Source: a virus
DNA length: 64,000 nucleotides
Reading direction: 5' to 3' (one strand)
Virus record (IMG/VR): IMGVR_UViG_3300001765_000052
In this document: piece by piece, positions 30,185 through 40,898 of the stretch
Numbering within the stretch: the first letter of the stretch is position 1
Layout: every line of letters starts with the position of its first letter
Notes under the pieces: generated by a model
Databases searched by the model: none
Told to the model about the DNA's origin: nothing
The model's input: the letters and a program-made list of their open reading frames with translations, nothing else
Made by a program: the position numbers and the translations under genes

Positions 30185-31552
30185 ATGAGTAACATTCAAG
30201 TAGGGATTACAGATCATTTAGATCCAGAAGTAGAAGCTATGGTAATGGCAATGTATAGTCGTAGCTATGCACCAATTGAAGGGCGTATTCCTTCTAGTGA
30301 AGAATCTATTGAAGAACATAAAAAGAAACTAGGTAAATTTTATATTGGATACAATCACAAAAGTGTGGGTCAACTTGGAGATACAACAATTTGGATAGAA
30401 GGTGTCTCTATGCTTGCAGCTAAAGCTATTGAAAATCATCCTCTATATAACGGGCAAGAAAGTTCAACAAGATATATTGACTTCTCCAGTCAACCAATGT
30501 TTTCACCTAATGAAGATATCGTGTATTGGCAAGAGAAATTTAGAGCTTTCTATATCAAAGCAGTTCCGTTAGTAATTGAAAAACTTAAATTAGAGTTTCC
30601 TCTAATAGAAAATGTTAAATATGTAGGTGATCCATTAACTAATAAAGACAGTGCTGTTTGGGAAAATACGATTAAAGCAAGAGCTTTTGATATTTGTCGA
30701 GGAATCTTACCTGCAGGCTGCACTACTAATGTAGCATTCAAAGGTACATTTGACACTATCAACGACCATTTTGGTGAGATGCTGTATCACCCATGCCAAG
30801 AGATGAGAGATATTGCAGAAACAGTTCTTACTAAATTGAAAGAAAAATATCCATATGCTGCTATGGATATTGATAAACTAGAAGAAAGGCACACATATGT
30901 GAATAATATATTTTTCTATCAGTGTTTTGATGTATATGGGGAAAGCACTAGTGTAAAAGTTGTTACTGATCCAGAAAGTGCTAGTTTTAATGATTTAGAA
31001 TTTTTTCATAAAAGAGATAAATTTTCTAAACTCAGTAGATTTATTTCTAATTTCTTTAGAATAAGGTTAATAGGTTTACTTGATTTTGGATCTTATAGGG
31101 ATATTCATAGGCATCGTAATGGTTATATTGGAATGGAAGCTTTGTCTATCGATAAAGGATTCCATGAATTTTATTTGAATAACCTTACACCTGAATTGAC
31201 TGATGAATTAACAGATATTTTAAGTGAATATGAAGATTGGTATGAGAATATAGTTGACCTAGACACAATAAATGGTTTAACATCTAATGAGCTTTATGAT
31301 TTACAATATTGTACACCTATGGGCTATAGAGTAGCAATTGATTACAATTGCGACATCAATCAGGCTCTTTATTTAATGGAACTTCGTTCCGGTAAAACAG
31401 TACATCAAACACTTAGAGAACTTATTCAATCTTGGGTAATACAATTAAAAGAAATTTATCCAACTTTAGATATCCATGCAGATATGGATAAAGATAATTT
31501 TACTCTTAAAAGAGGAAATCAGACATTTGATAATCTAATGTATCAAAATTAA
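30185..31552 (+). CDS. thyX: Flavin-dependent thymidylate synthase-like protein, two-domain Thy1 type
   Basis: YNHKSV, QESSTRY, RGILP, YRDIHRHR, ELRS. Confidence 0.8.
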   Translation: MSNIQVGITDHLDPEVEAMVMAMYSRSYAPIEGRIPSSEESIEEHKKKLGKFYIGYNHKSVGQLGDTTIWIEGVSMLAAKAIENHPLYNGQESSTRYIDFSSQPMFSPNEDIVYWQEKFRAFYIKAVPLVIEKLKLEFPLIENVKYVGDPLTNKDSAVWENTIKARAFDICRGILPAGCTTNVAFKGTFDTINDHFGEMLYHPCQEMRDIAETVLTKLKEKYPYAAMDIDKLEERHTYVNNIFFYQCFDVYGESTSVKVVTDPESASFNDLEFFHKRDKFSKLSRFISNFFRIRLIGLLDFGSYRDIHRHRNGYIGMEALSIDKGFHEFYLNNLTPELTDELTDILSEYEDWYENIVDLDTINGLTSNELYDLQYCTPMGYRVAIDYNCDINQALYLMELRSGKTVHQTLRELIQSWVIQLKEIYPTLDIHADMDKDNFTLKRGNQTFDNLMYQN

Positions 31553-31810
31553 ATGAAAAAAAGTATTTATTATCAAGGACCTAAAAAATTAAATACGTCA
31601 ACTACTCCAGTTATTTCTGTTATAAAAGTTATATTGCCGCTTCTTTCAACTAATTTAATTACTCGTAATGAGGATATATTAGATTTTAATAATCTTGTTA
31701 ATAAAAGTTATATTTCTATTCAGAAACCACAATATAACTTAAACAAAGACCGTTTATCTATATTAGGTAGAAGTACATATGGGCCTCAAAAGTTACATAG
31801 GAAAAAATAG
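31553..31810 (+). CDS. Hypothetical protein
   Basis: Tightly packed ORF. Confidence 0.45.
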   Translation: MKKSIYYQGPKKLNTSTTPVISVIKVILPLLSTNLITRNEDILDFNNLVNKSYISIQKPQYNLNKDRLSILGRSTYGPQKLHRKK

Positions 31811-32124
31811 TGTTAATTATTTCTAAGAAAACAAAAGCAATTTCAGATAAACAGTATGCTAATCAAATTGAATATTGGTTAAATTTAAAAAATAAATTTT
31901 TAGATAAAACCCAATCAACTTTTCTAAAAGAAGTTAATAAAGTAATTGGTGAGTATACTTATGTAAACATTGAATTAGAAAAATCTAATTTTTGCGTGTA
32001 TTATACGGTAATTGAATTTCAAAGAAATAAAATTGATATATTATTTAGAAATACATCTCGAATCACTATTTCTAAACCAATTGAAATGTGTACTAATTTA
32101 ATCCAGATCACCTTTGAGGTTTAA
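31810..32124 (+). CDS. Hypothetical protein
   Basis: Tightly packed ORF. Confidence 0.45.
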   Translation: MLIISKKTKAISDKQYANQIEYWLNLKNKFLDKTQSTFLKEVNKVIGEYTYVNIELEKSNFCVYYTVIEFQRNKIDILFRNTSRITISKPIEMCTNLIQITFEV

Positions 32125-32126
32125 AA

Positions 32127-32579
32127 ATGAATATAGTTATTGGAAATATTCTAAAAGAAACTAGAGGAATATTAGTGCACAGTTGTAATGCTCAAGGTGT
32201 AATGGGCGCAGGATTAGCATATCAAATTAAGAAAAAATATCCAGCTGTATTTAATGATTATCTGAAATTAATTGGAACGACATATCCCGATAACTTATTG
32301 GGTTCATCTGTAGTAACTAGTGTTTCGGATGAATTACATATTGTTAGTGGTATAGGTCAAATGTATTATGGAAAAGATCCTTTTACACGATATACAAGTT
32401 ATCCAGCAATCAGACAAATCTTTGAAAGAGTAAATGGATTAGCTTTCAGATTAAAATTACCAGTAATTTTTCCAGAAATTGGTTGCGGATTAGGAAATGG
32501 TAATTGGGGTGTAATTGCTGAGATAATTGAATATACTTTAGATACCAGTATAGAACGAACTCTATTTAAACTGAAATAA
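32127..32579 (+). CDS. Macro-domain (ADP-ribose processing) protein
   Basis: HSCNAQGVMGAGLA, PEIGCGLGNGNW. Confidence 0.88.
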   Translation: MNIVIGNILKETRGILVHSCNAQGVMGAGLAYQIKKKYPAVFNDYLKLIGTTYPDNLLGSSVVTSVSDELHIVSGIGQMYYGKDPFTRYTSYPAIRQIFERVNGLAFRLKLPVIFPEIGCGLGNGNWGVIAEIIEYTLDTSIERTLFKLK

Positions 32580-32658
32580 TATAAGATGCCAGTAAGATAC
32601 ATACACAAATTGTATGTATCTTACTGGCATTATTTTATTTAAATTAAAGGAGTTTGTA

Positions 32659-32730
32659 ATGGAATCTAAAAAAGTAAACACAGCATCAACAATATTGACA
32701 CAACTCTTAACAGGGAAAGAAAAGATTTAA
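32659..32730 (+). pseudogene. Orphaned 5' fragment of the downstream holin-like gene
   Basis: RBS AAGGAG; MESKKVNTASTILTQLLTGKE aligns to MESNQKNKLVDILRQLGTGKD. Confidence 0.75.
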
Positions 32731-33389
32731 ATATGCTTCCAAGTTACACCGTGTATTATTTTGAATATAGCACCATTGCTGACATTATGCTTATCTGCTA
32801 AATTTTGCATAGATGTGACTTTTGGTATATATTCTATTCGTATATTTTTAACTTTTTCTTCATTTAATATAACGCCAATTGCGTTTTCGCCGTGGCGATG
32901 ACGTTTTTTATTAACTACATCTAAAGAATTATCTTTGTATGTACCCTGTTTTAAATGATCAGGATTAATACATTTTCTATTATCACATTCATGTAAAATT
33001 ATATTACCATCAATAATTTCACCTTTATTTGCAATATAAGATAATCTATGCGCTTTGGTTACTTTACCGTCCACGTTTAATACGCCATATCCTGTTTTTG
33101 CGACAGCGCCTGTCCATTCAACACAACCATTGTCTTTTTTAATAGAATATTTATCTAACCTTGATTCGATTGACCTGGTAACAGATGCTTTGTCTTTATA
33201 ATAGCAATCTAATGAACAATATTTTTGAGATGTGTTACCAGAAACTCTATTAAAAATTTTACCGCATCCTGCACACGTGGTTTTTAACATTTCTTCATTG
33301 TGTATTCTTCTGCATTCATATGAGCAATGTTGAATGTCTTTATGATGTGTTTTAAAAATAATGCCACATTGATTACATTTTATTTCCAT
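32727..33389 (-). CDS. HNH homing endonuclease with N-terminal Zn-finger (CxxC/YCS) repeats
   Basis: CVEWTG..GYG..AHRLSY..LHECDNRKCINPDHL..GT..DN. Confidence 0.92.
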   Translation of the reverse strand: MEIKCNQCGIIFKTHHKDIQHCSYECRRIHNEEMLKTTCAGCGKIFNRVSGNTSQKYCSLDCYYKDKASVTRSIESRLDKYSIKKDNGCVEWTGAVAKTGYGVLNVDGKVTKAHRLSYIANKGEIIDGNIILHECDNRKCINPDHLKQGTYKDNSLDVVNKKRHRHGENAIGVILNEEKVKNIRIEYIPKVTSMQNLADKHNVSNGAIFKIIHGVTWKHI

Positions 33390-33429
33390 GTTTTCACCTA
33401 TTTAATAATTTAACTGAGGACCTCATATT

Positions 33430-33705
33430 ATGGAATCTAATCAAAAAAATAAATTAGTTGATATTCTTAGACAGCTCGGGACTGGAAAAGACAACCAAAC
33501 GCACGATATTGTTCGTTGGTTAGCCGCAATTACATTTTTAGTATCCATTGGTTTAACTATTTATATTGTTATTGTAAAAGATAAACCATTTGATATTCAA
33601 GAGTTTGGAATTGCTATATCAACATTGTTTGCATCTATTGGTGCAGCATTACGATTAAAAGAAACTACTGAGCCACCTGCATCGGAAGATAAACCAAAGG
33701 AATAA
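33430..33705 (+). CDS. Small 2-TM membrane protein (holin-like)
   Basis: Two hydrophobic helices, charged C-terminus. Confidence 0.6.
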   Translation: MESNQKNKLVDILRQLGTGKDNQTHDIVRWLAAITFLVSIGLTIYIVIVKDKPFDIQEFGIAISTLFASIGAALRLKETTEPPASEDKPKE

Positions 33706-33707
33706 AA

Positions 33708-35738
33708 ATGTTTTCGTATTTAAAAAGGTTAGCTGGTAATGTAACGGTTCGAGAAAATAATGGTATTATAACAGTAGAAGGTGTAGATGCAGATGTTATT
33801 CAAAAAGATATTAAGACCATATGGGAAACAAATAAAATTAATGTTAATATGTTTTTGCATATCGGAGGCAGTAGTTTTTCTTTTTTATCTTTTTATGCTA
33901 CCGATATACTCTATACATTAAATAAATTAACAGATAGCCAACATTCTGTTAAAATAAGTATTCGTACTTTAACTAAGATAAAAGATAGGCTATTGGAACA
34001 TACGTGGTTATCTAAAACACAATTAGATGCTCCTAGTATTTTAGATAGGTCGAAACTCAAAGATTTTATTTTTCAACCATTAGATTTTCAAGCTGAATTT
34101 TTTAATGTATACGAACAAAATATTTTTAAATATAGTTTAAAAGGATTTATGTTAGCAGCTAGTGCTGGAAGTGGCAAAACATATACGAGTTTAGCATTAA
34201 CACATATGTTGGGTTTAGATAACATAATTATTGTTTGCCCTAAAGCTGCATTAATAAAAGTGTGGGAAGAAAGCATTAAATCATTATTTATTAATAAGCA
34301 AACATATTGGATATCCAATTCAGATACACCACCAACTGGTAAAGAAAGATTTATTGTTTGTCATTATGAAGCACTCTCTAAAGTGTTAGAATATTCAAAT
34401 GCAATAAAGGATAATAAAGTTGCAGTTATTTTAGATGAAAGCCATAACCTCAATGAGATGAACTCCTTACGGTCGGGGAATTTTATTGAACTTTGTAACA
34501 AAGTAAAATCAGAGCATGTTATTTGGTTGTCAGGTACTCCTTTTAAAGCGACTGCATTGGAAGTAATACCTTTATTGCGTGCAATAGACCCTCTTTATAA
34601 TAATGGCGTTGAAGAAAGCTTTAGAAAGATTTATGGTAAATCAGCAACTAGAGCTGTTGAGATTTTAAATAATCGGTTAGGTTTAGTTACTTTTAAAGTA
34701 GAGAAAAAAGAATTAAAATTACTGCCACCAATATTTTCAGAAATTAAAGTAAAAATACCTAATTGTTCTAAATACACTTTAACTGAAATTAAAATAGTAA
34801 TGAAAAAATTCATATTGGATAGATATGAATATTACGAAAGTAGAAAAAAATTAGATGAAAAGATTTTCTATGGTTGTTTAGATTATTATAGAAATACACT
34901 TAGGAATAAAAATGATATTGCACTGTATAATTTTTATAGAGAAAGTTTAGTATCTGTTATAAAATCAGGTGGTGATTTTTCTGCAAAAGAAGATATTATG
35001 TTTTGTAATAGATTTGAAGCAACTAAAATACTTCCAATATTACCGCCAGATAAAAAAGCTGGATTTAGAGATACTAAATCTATTATTAAATACATCAAAC
35101 TAAAAATACAAGGTGAAGCATTAGGTAGAGTATTTGGTGCTATGCGTGTACAATGCCATGTTGATATGGTTGATAAAATAGATTTTAAAGCTATATGCGA
35201 AAGTACATTAAAGAAAACAGTTGTATTTACTAGTTTTGTTCAAGTTGTTGAAAAAGCTCAAAAATACACAACGGAAATTGGTTTAAATCCATTAGTAATA
35301 TATGGTAAAACAAATGTAAATTTAGCATCTATAGTTACTTCATTTGAAAAAGATGATAATTTAAATCCATTGATTGCTACTTTTAAATCTTTATCCACAG
35401 CTGTTCCTTTAATTATGGCAGATACAGTTTTATTATTAGATTCACCTTATCGTGATTATATAGTACAGCAATCTATATCACGGGTACATAGATTAGGCTC
35501 TACAACACAAGTTTATGTATATACATGTTCTTTAGATACCGGTGAAGAGATGAATATTTCAACTAGAAGTTTTGAGATTTTATCACAATGTCAAAACTTT
35601 GTAGAAAAATTAACTGGTGTTACTTCACCATTTATTTTAACAGATAATCCTGAAGAGTTAGAATTTAGTTTGGAAGGTCTAGATATTGAAATAATTGAAT
35701 CTGTTTCTAATTTTAAACCTAATTTTATTAATTGGTAA
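33708..35738 (+). CDS. SNF2/SF2 helicase
   Basis: ASAGSGKT, ILDESH, SGTP, QSISRVHRLG. Confidence 0.88.
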   Translation: MFSYLKRLAGNVTVRENNGIITVEGVDADVIQKDIKTIWETNKINVNMFLHIGGSSFSFLSFYATDILYTLNKLTDSQHSVKISIRTLTKIKDRLLEHTWLSKTQLDAPSILDRSKLKDFIFQPLDFQAEFFNVYEQNIFKYSLKGFMLAASAGSGKTYTSLALTHMLGLDNIIIVCPKAALIKVWEESIKSLFINKQTYWISNSDTPPTGKERFIVCHYEALSKVLEYSNAIKDNKVAVILDESHNLNEMNSLRSGNFIELCNKVKSEHVIWLSGTPFKATALEVIPLLRAIDPLYNNGVEESFRKIYGKSATRAVEILNNRLGLVTFKVEKKELKLLPPIFSEIKVKIPNCSKYTLTEIKIVMKKFILDRYEYYESRKKLDEKIFYGCLDYYRNTLRNKNDIALYNFYRESLVSVIKSGGDFSAKEDIMFCNRFEATKILPILPPDKKAGFRDTKSIIKYIKLKIQGEALGRVFGAMRVQCHVDMVDKIDFKAICESTLKKTVVFTSFVQVVEKAQKYTTEIGLNPLVIYGKTNVNLASIVTSFEKDDNLNPLIATFKSLSTAVPLIMADTVLLLDSPYRDYIVQQSISRVHRLGSTTQVYVYTCSLDTGEEMNISTRSFEILSQCQNFVEKLTGVTSPFILTDNPEELEFSLEGLDIEIIESVSNFKPNFINW

Positions 35739-35890
35739 GAAAAATTTAAATATTTAATTATAAACTCCACTACTAAACCTTAATTGGAATAGTAGTGGAG
35801 TTTATGATTATTCTAGATTTTTTCAATTGTATATTACTTTTATGAGATATTGTTTATTCAATGTAGTTATACTACGAAGGGATTTAATTT

Positions 35891-36271
35891 ATGAAAATGG
35901 TTATTGTGCGAGGTTTACCTGGTAGCGGTAAATCAACTATTGCAAAGCAATTAATTGGTAATGAAGTACATATCAAACATTTTGAAGCTGATATGTACTT
36001 CATGTCAAATGGTGCATATATATTCGATCATACAAGATTAAAAGAAGTGCACCAACAATGTCAAGCAGATGTGAAGTCTGCACTTCTTATCGGTTATGAT
36101 GTTGTAGTTTCTAACACCTTCGTTAAGAAATGGGAAATAGAACCTTATCTTTTAATTGCAAAAGATATTGGTTGTGATGTTGAGGTAATTGTAGCAACTG
36201 GTGAATATAGTAATGTTCACGGTGTCCCAAAAGAGGTCATTGAAAGAATGAAATCAAATTGGGAGAGTTAA
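35891..36271 (+). CDS. P-loop kinase (AAA_33-like), cassette gene
   Basis: RGLPGSGKST, EADMYF, VSNTF, HGVP. Confidence 0.85.
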   Translation: MKMVIVRGLPGSGKSTIAKQLIGNEVHIKHFEADMYFMSNGAYIFDHTRLKEVHQQCQADVKSALLIGYDVVVSNTFVKKWEIEPYLLIAKDIGCDVEVIVATGEYSNVHGVPKEVIERMKSNWES

Positions 36272-36403
36272 TATAATTTCAATAAATAAACCATTGTGGG
36301 CTCTTATTTTTTTTTTCTCTTAATCTAGATTTTTTCAATTATATATAACTAAACTGATATAATGTCTTATCAACAATGCGGCATAGCTGCGAAAGGGTTT
36401 TAG

Positions 36404-36739
36404 ATGGAAACTGTGGATTGGGGATACTTAGCTGAACAGATAGAAATTATTAAAACTTTAAGTATTGTTGGAGGGCCATATGGAGGTATGGATAAAGAAA
36501 AACGTCTTAGAAGTGATTGGAAATTTTTATTTGAAATACTTTTGAAAAATAAAATGATTGCATTATCCAAATCTTCAAAATTCAAACCAAAAATGGACCA
36601 ACGTCTGCCTTATTATCCTTTTACTGAAATTTGTGACATAGGTCCAATAGAAGATTATGAAATTACAATTGGAGGAACAGTATATTTGAAAAAATTTCAA
36701 AATATGAAATTTCCAATAGAGAAAACTATTTGGGAATAA
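36404..36739 (+). CDS. Hypothetical protein, cassette gene
   Basis: Flanked by the conserved promoter/leader and 3' element. Confidence 0.7.
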   Translation: METVDWGYLAEQIEIIKTLSIVGGPYGGMDKEKRLRSDWKFLFEILLKNKMIALSKSSKFKPKMDQRLPYYPFTEICDIGPIEDYEITIGGTVYLKKFQNMKFPIEKTIWE

Positions 36740-36845
36740 AATAAAAAAAATAACCCGGTGGCGGGCTCTATTTTTTTTTGTTAAAAATAATCAATTTCAC
36801 TAATTATTTGTAAGACCAACTTCTTTAACCAAAAGGTGATTAATA

Positions 36846-39308
36846 ATGAATCCACAATCAATTACAACAGATGTACTTTTAGAAAAATATGCTAAAGGAA
36901 ATGAAACCACAGAAAAAGATATTTTTTTGCGAGTAGCAAAAGGTGTTGCTTCTGTTGAAAAAGAAGAAGTAAGAAGCTATTGGGAAAATGCATTTCTCAT
37001 TAATATGCAAAATGGTGCTATTGGTGCTGGTAGAATCATGTCAGCAGCGGGAACTAATATTGAAGCTACACTTATTAATTGCTTTGTGCAAAATGTAGGC
37101 GATAGTATTCAAGGCGTTGATACTGATGGTAACCCAGGAATTTATGAAGCCCTCCGTGAAGCAGCTGAAACATTAAAACGCGGCGGTGGAGTAGGATATG
37201 ATTTTTCTAAGATCCGTCCAAAGAATGCAAAAGTAGGTAAAGTAGGTGCTATGGCCAGTGGACCATGCAGCTATATGGATATTTTTGATACTAGTTGTAA
37301 AACAATTGAATCGGCTGGTCAACGCAGAGGTGCGCAGATGGGCGTATTGCGTATTGATCATCCAGATGTATTAGAATTTATTAAAGCCAAAAGAACCAAA
37401 GGTCGTTGGAATAATTTTAATGTATCTTTGTTTATTACAGATTCATTTATGAATCTAAAAAATAACAATAAAGAAATTGAATTAGTGCACAAAGCTGAAC
37501 CGTCAAATAAGTTGAAAAAAGAAGGTGCTTATTTACGAGGTGATGGTTTATGGGTATATTCAAAAGTATCTTCAACAGAACTTTGGGATACTATCATGCA
37601 ATCTAATTATGATTATGCCGAGCCTGGAGTGTTGTTTGGCGATACTGCAAACAATGACAATAATTTACGCTATTGTGAAACATTTGAAGCATGTAACCCA
37701 TGTGCCGAGCAGTTCCTACCATCCAATGGATGTTGCGATTTAGGTCCAATTATTCTGCCTAAATTTGTAAAAGACCCATTTAAACTCAATGCTACTTTTG
37801 ATACAGTAGCATTGAGTAAAACGGTAGCTATTCAAGTAAGATTTTTAGATAATGTTTTAGATGCGACACTTTGGCCATTAGAAGCGCAAAGAAAAGAATC
37901 TGAAAATAAACGTAGAATTGGTATTGGATTTACTGGATTAGCTAACACATTAGCTATGTTAAACCTTAAATACAATAGTCCAGAAGGATTAAAGAAAGCA
38001 GCAGAAATTGCTGAATTAATGAGGGATATTGCATATAAAACATCTATTGATTTAGCTAAAGAAAGAGGTGCATTTCCACTTTTGAATGTAGCTGAATATT
38101 TAAAAGAAGGTACATTTGCATCCAGACTACCCGAAACATTAAAGAGTCTAATTAAAGAATTTGGTATTCGTAATTCTCATCTGTTAAGTATTGCACCAGT
38201 AGGAACAGTTTCATTAGCTTTTGCAGATAATGCTAGCAATGGAATTGAACCACCATATAGTTTAGCTTACACTCGTAAAAAACGCATGGCTGATGGTACC
38301 ACACAAGAGTATTTAGTAGTAGATCATTCTATTCGTGTTTATCTTGATACATTAGATTCATCATACTCTAATAGTATTCTAGAAGCCATTGTTAATTATA
38401 AAGATTCTTTTACATTTTTAAATAATGAAATTAAATTAAAATCCATTCTTCCGCCATCAATAGTGACTGCATTAGAACTAACACCATTTGAACATTTAGC
38501 AATGTTGGAAGTAGTGCAACCATTTATTGATAGTAGTATATCAAAAACCATTAATTGTCCCGAAGACATTAAATATGAAGAATTTAAATTTATTTATGAT
38601 AAAGCACATATTTCTAAATTAAAAGGTGTAGCTACATATAGACCTAATAATATTTTAGGGTCAGTATTAAGTATAGATAAACCTAAAGAAACTATTATTC
38701 AAACTAACAATATAAATGAAATCGATCCTAATAATGTTTTAATTGCTAAAAGACCTACTGGTAAATTACAATCAGTTACAGATAAGATTCAGTATTATGG
38801 AGATAACGGAGATTACACATTTTACGTTACTGTATCATTTATGAAAATTGATGGTATTAAAAATGGTACTAAAGTTATTATAGATAGACCTATTGAAATT
38901 TTCATTACAGTTTCTCCTGAGAGTGTTCCAGCTGAATGGGTGACAGTATATTCCAGAACTATGTCTTTGATTGCCAGAACAAGTTATAGTTTGTTTACAA
39001 AAGCATTACAAGACAATAGATCTATTTCTACCGGTAAACATCAAATAAGATATGATTGGTATACCAAGGAAGATGGAACAAAAGTGCCTCGTCATCATAA
39101 CTCAGATGTAGCTGTTATTTCTTATGCTATTCAACAAATTTTAGCAGGAAAAGATGATAGTGTTATTGAAACAGTGATGCCTGAAGTTAATGTTAAACGT
39201 AAAAGTTTAGCTGGTAAAGAGTGCCCCGAATGTGGCGCTCGTGCCCTCATGAAAGTAGACAATTGCGAAAGATGTGATGCATGTAACTATATTGGAAGTT
39301 GCGGTTAA
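36846..39308 (+). CDS. nrdJ: Class II (B12-dependent) ribonucleotide reductase with C-terminal TSCPD-like/Zn-ribbon region
   Basis: TLINCFV, RRGAQMG, NPCAEQ, CDLG, IAPVGT, SKTIN; C-terminal CPECG..CxxC..SCG; no beta subunit nearby. Confidence 0.9.
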   Translation: MNPQSITTDVLLEKYAKGNETTEKDIFLRVAKGVASVEKEEVRSYWENAFLINMQNGAIGAGRIMSAAGTNIEATLINCFVQNVGDSIQGVDTDGNPGIYEALREAAETLKRGGGVGYDFSKIRPKNAKVGKVGAMASGPCSYMDIFDTSCKTIESAGQRRGAQMGVLRIDHPDVLEFIKAKRTKGRWNNFNVSLFITDSFMNLKNNNKEIELVHKAEPSNKLKKEGAYLRGDGLWVYSKVSSTELWDTIMQSNYDYAEPGVLFGDTANNDNNLRYCETFEACNPCAEQFLPSNGCCDLGPIILPKFVKDPFKLNATFDTVALSKTVAIQVRFLDNVLDATLWPLEAQRKESENKRRIGIGFTGLANTLAMLNLKYNSPEGLKKAAEIAELMRDIAYKTSIDLAKERGAFPLLNVAEYLKEGTFASRLPETLKSLIKEFGIRNSHLLSIAPVGTVSLAFADNASNGIEPPYSLAYTRKKRMADGTTQEYLVVDHSIRVYLDTLDSSYSNSILEAIVNYKDSFTFLNNEIKLKSILPPSIVTALELTPFEHLAMLEVVQPFIDSSISKTINCPEDIKYEEFKFIYDKAHISKLKGVATYRPNNILGSVLSIDKPKETIIQTNNINEIDPNNVLIAKRPTGKLQSVTDKIQYYGDNGDYTFYVTVSFMKIDGIKNGTKVIIDRPIEIFITVSPESVPAEWVTVYSRTMSLIARTSYSLFTKALQDNRSISTGKHQIRYDWYTKEDGTKVPRHHNSDVAVISYAIQQILAGKDDSVIETVMPEVNVKRKSLAGKECPECGARALMKVDNCERCDACNYIGSCG

Positions 39309-39375
39309 AACATATATAATCTAGTTAAGTTTTTAAACTTAACTAGATTATTAAATTTATTTTTGAAAGTTTATC

Positions 39376-40026
39376 ATGAAATCATTAGTTTTATACTCTA
39401 CCATTGCAGGTGGTTTTTACACGCATACTGAAAATCTAGAAAAAGCTATTGGCATAGCTAGATCAAACGTAGGTGACGATGTATGGAAAAAAGGCTTTTC
39501 TGGAAAAGATTCATCTGGTGCTACTGCTGCAGCTATTACTGAATTGAATGTTGCAGGTATTGAACCTGTCAAAGTAGAAGGTGAGTTGAAGAATGTAAGC
39601 TTTGTGGAAAACAAAGATGGTGCAGGAAATGTTTATCCTAAACTAAGAGTGGATATTGCAAATGGTGATAATGTAATGTTATTATCATTAGATCTAAAGA
39701 GCGATGTTGCACAACGGTTAATTGCTAAGTTAGATAATTGCCAGCCAGGTGACCATGTAAAGGTAGCTGCATGGGCTAGTCCTGTAGACAGAGGTGAGCG
39801 CACTTTCATTAACCATGCTGTCAGTGTCAAGGGCGGACAAGGTGAAGAAGTCAAAGTTAATCCTGAATTCTCTAGCAACATAAAGAACCAAACTGAAGCT
39901 TTAGAGAATACTCTAAAGTCAGCTGGCATTAATGATGTAAAAGTTATTTCGGCAGCTAAAACAAATAAACGAATTGAAGCACATAAAGAAAAGTTGCTTG
40001 ACATACAAAATAGATTTAAAACTTAA
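39376..40026 (+). CDS. Hypothetical protein
   Basis: 216-aa ORF with typical codon pattern. Confidence 0.7.
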   Translation: MKSLVLYSTIAGGFYTHTENLEKAIGIARSNVGDDVWKKGFSGKDSSGATAAAITELNVAGIEPVKVEGELKNVSFVENKDGAGNVYPKLRVDIANGDNVMLLSLDLKSDVAQRLIAKLDNCQPGDHVKVAAWASPVDRGERTFINHAVSVKGGQGEEVKVNPEFSSNIKNQTEALENTLKSAGINDVKVISAAKTNKRIEAHKEKLLDIQNRFKT

Positions 40027-40104
40027 TCCAGATTTTTTCAATCTTATATTACATTAATGAGATAGTGTCTTAGTTAATGCTACATAGTAGCGAAAGGATT
40101 TATT

Positions 40105-40428
40105 ATGAGTGAGTTTTTTCAATGTAAAAGTGAAAAAGATTGTTATGTAGGGTTAACTAAAAACGCCACAGATGTTGTTCAAAGTTTACTTTTAATAAAA
40201 GGTAAAATAGGTGAGCGCGTGTGGAAACACCTCGATGATGAGTTTCATGAAAAAATCACAGCATCCGTTTATATAAACGGAGGAAGTCACATATTTAGTC
40301 ACCTTACATTAAAGAATAATGAAGGTGAGCATGATTGTTTTGGCTGGACATATAAAGAATATGTCGAAGGTGGTTTTGATTGGATTTCTGGAGAACAGTG
40401 TTGGTTTGGAAAAACCAACATAATGTAA
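40105..40428 (+). CDS. Hypothetical protein, cassette gene
   Basis: Flanked by the conserved promoter/leader and 3' element. Confidence 0.7.
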   Translation: MSEFFQCKSEKDCYVGLTKNATDVVQSLLLIKGKIGERVWKHLDDEFHEKITASVYINGGSHIFSHLTLKNNEGEHDCFGWTYKEYVEGGFDWISGEQCWFGKTNIM

Positions 40429-40532
40429 ATTCTGTTTTAATTAAAAATAAACCATTGTGGGCTCTTATTTTTTTGTTTCAAAATAAATTTAGCCATATAT
40501 TACTAATATGTAATAACTTAAAGGAAACTAAA

Positions 40533-40796
40533 ATGCCAGACTTTAAATTACCATTTATTTATGCAACTGTAACAAATAATACAAATCCAAATGATCTAGT
40601 GGTTTCCGAATGGACGGTTATTATTAGCGAACCGGGAATCTTCGGTATCGATCCAGCTACTTTTATTCTTACTGAACCAATTACTCGTTTAGTATGTCCG
40701 ACGAGCACACAAGAAGAAGAAGTGTTAAACCAGAAAATATTTCCTACATATCAAGATGCTTGGAATTATGTTCAGGATTGGTGGGTTGTTCAATGA
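40533..40796 (+). CDS. Hypothetical protein
   Basis: AAGGA RBS before MPDFK; TATATTAC upstream (track start 40380 crosses a terminator). Confidence 0.6.
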   Translation: MPDFKLPFIYATVTNNTNPNDLVVSEWTVIISEPGIFGIDPATFILTEPITRLVCPTSTQEEEVLNQKIFPTYQDAWNYVQDWWVVQ

Positions 40797-40898
40797 TATA
40801 AACTAATTAAAAAATAAATAAATAAATATTTTTAATGGTATGTAAATTAAATAATTTACATATTTAAATCAAATCCTTAAAAAGAAAGAGGTAATGTT

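Noticed and set aside
36846-39308. Intein or intron in RNR, ligase or helicase
   Set aside because: Lengths and motif spacing are normal; no intein termini or group I motifs were seen.
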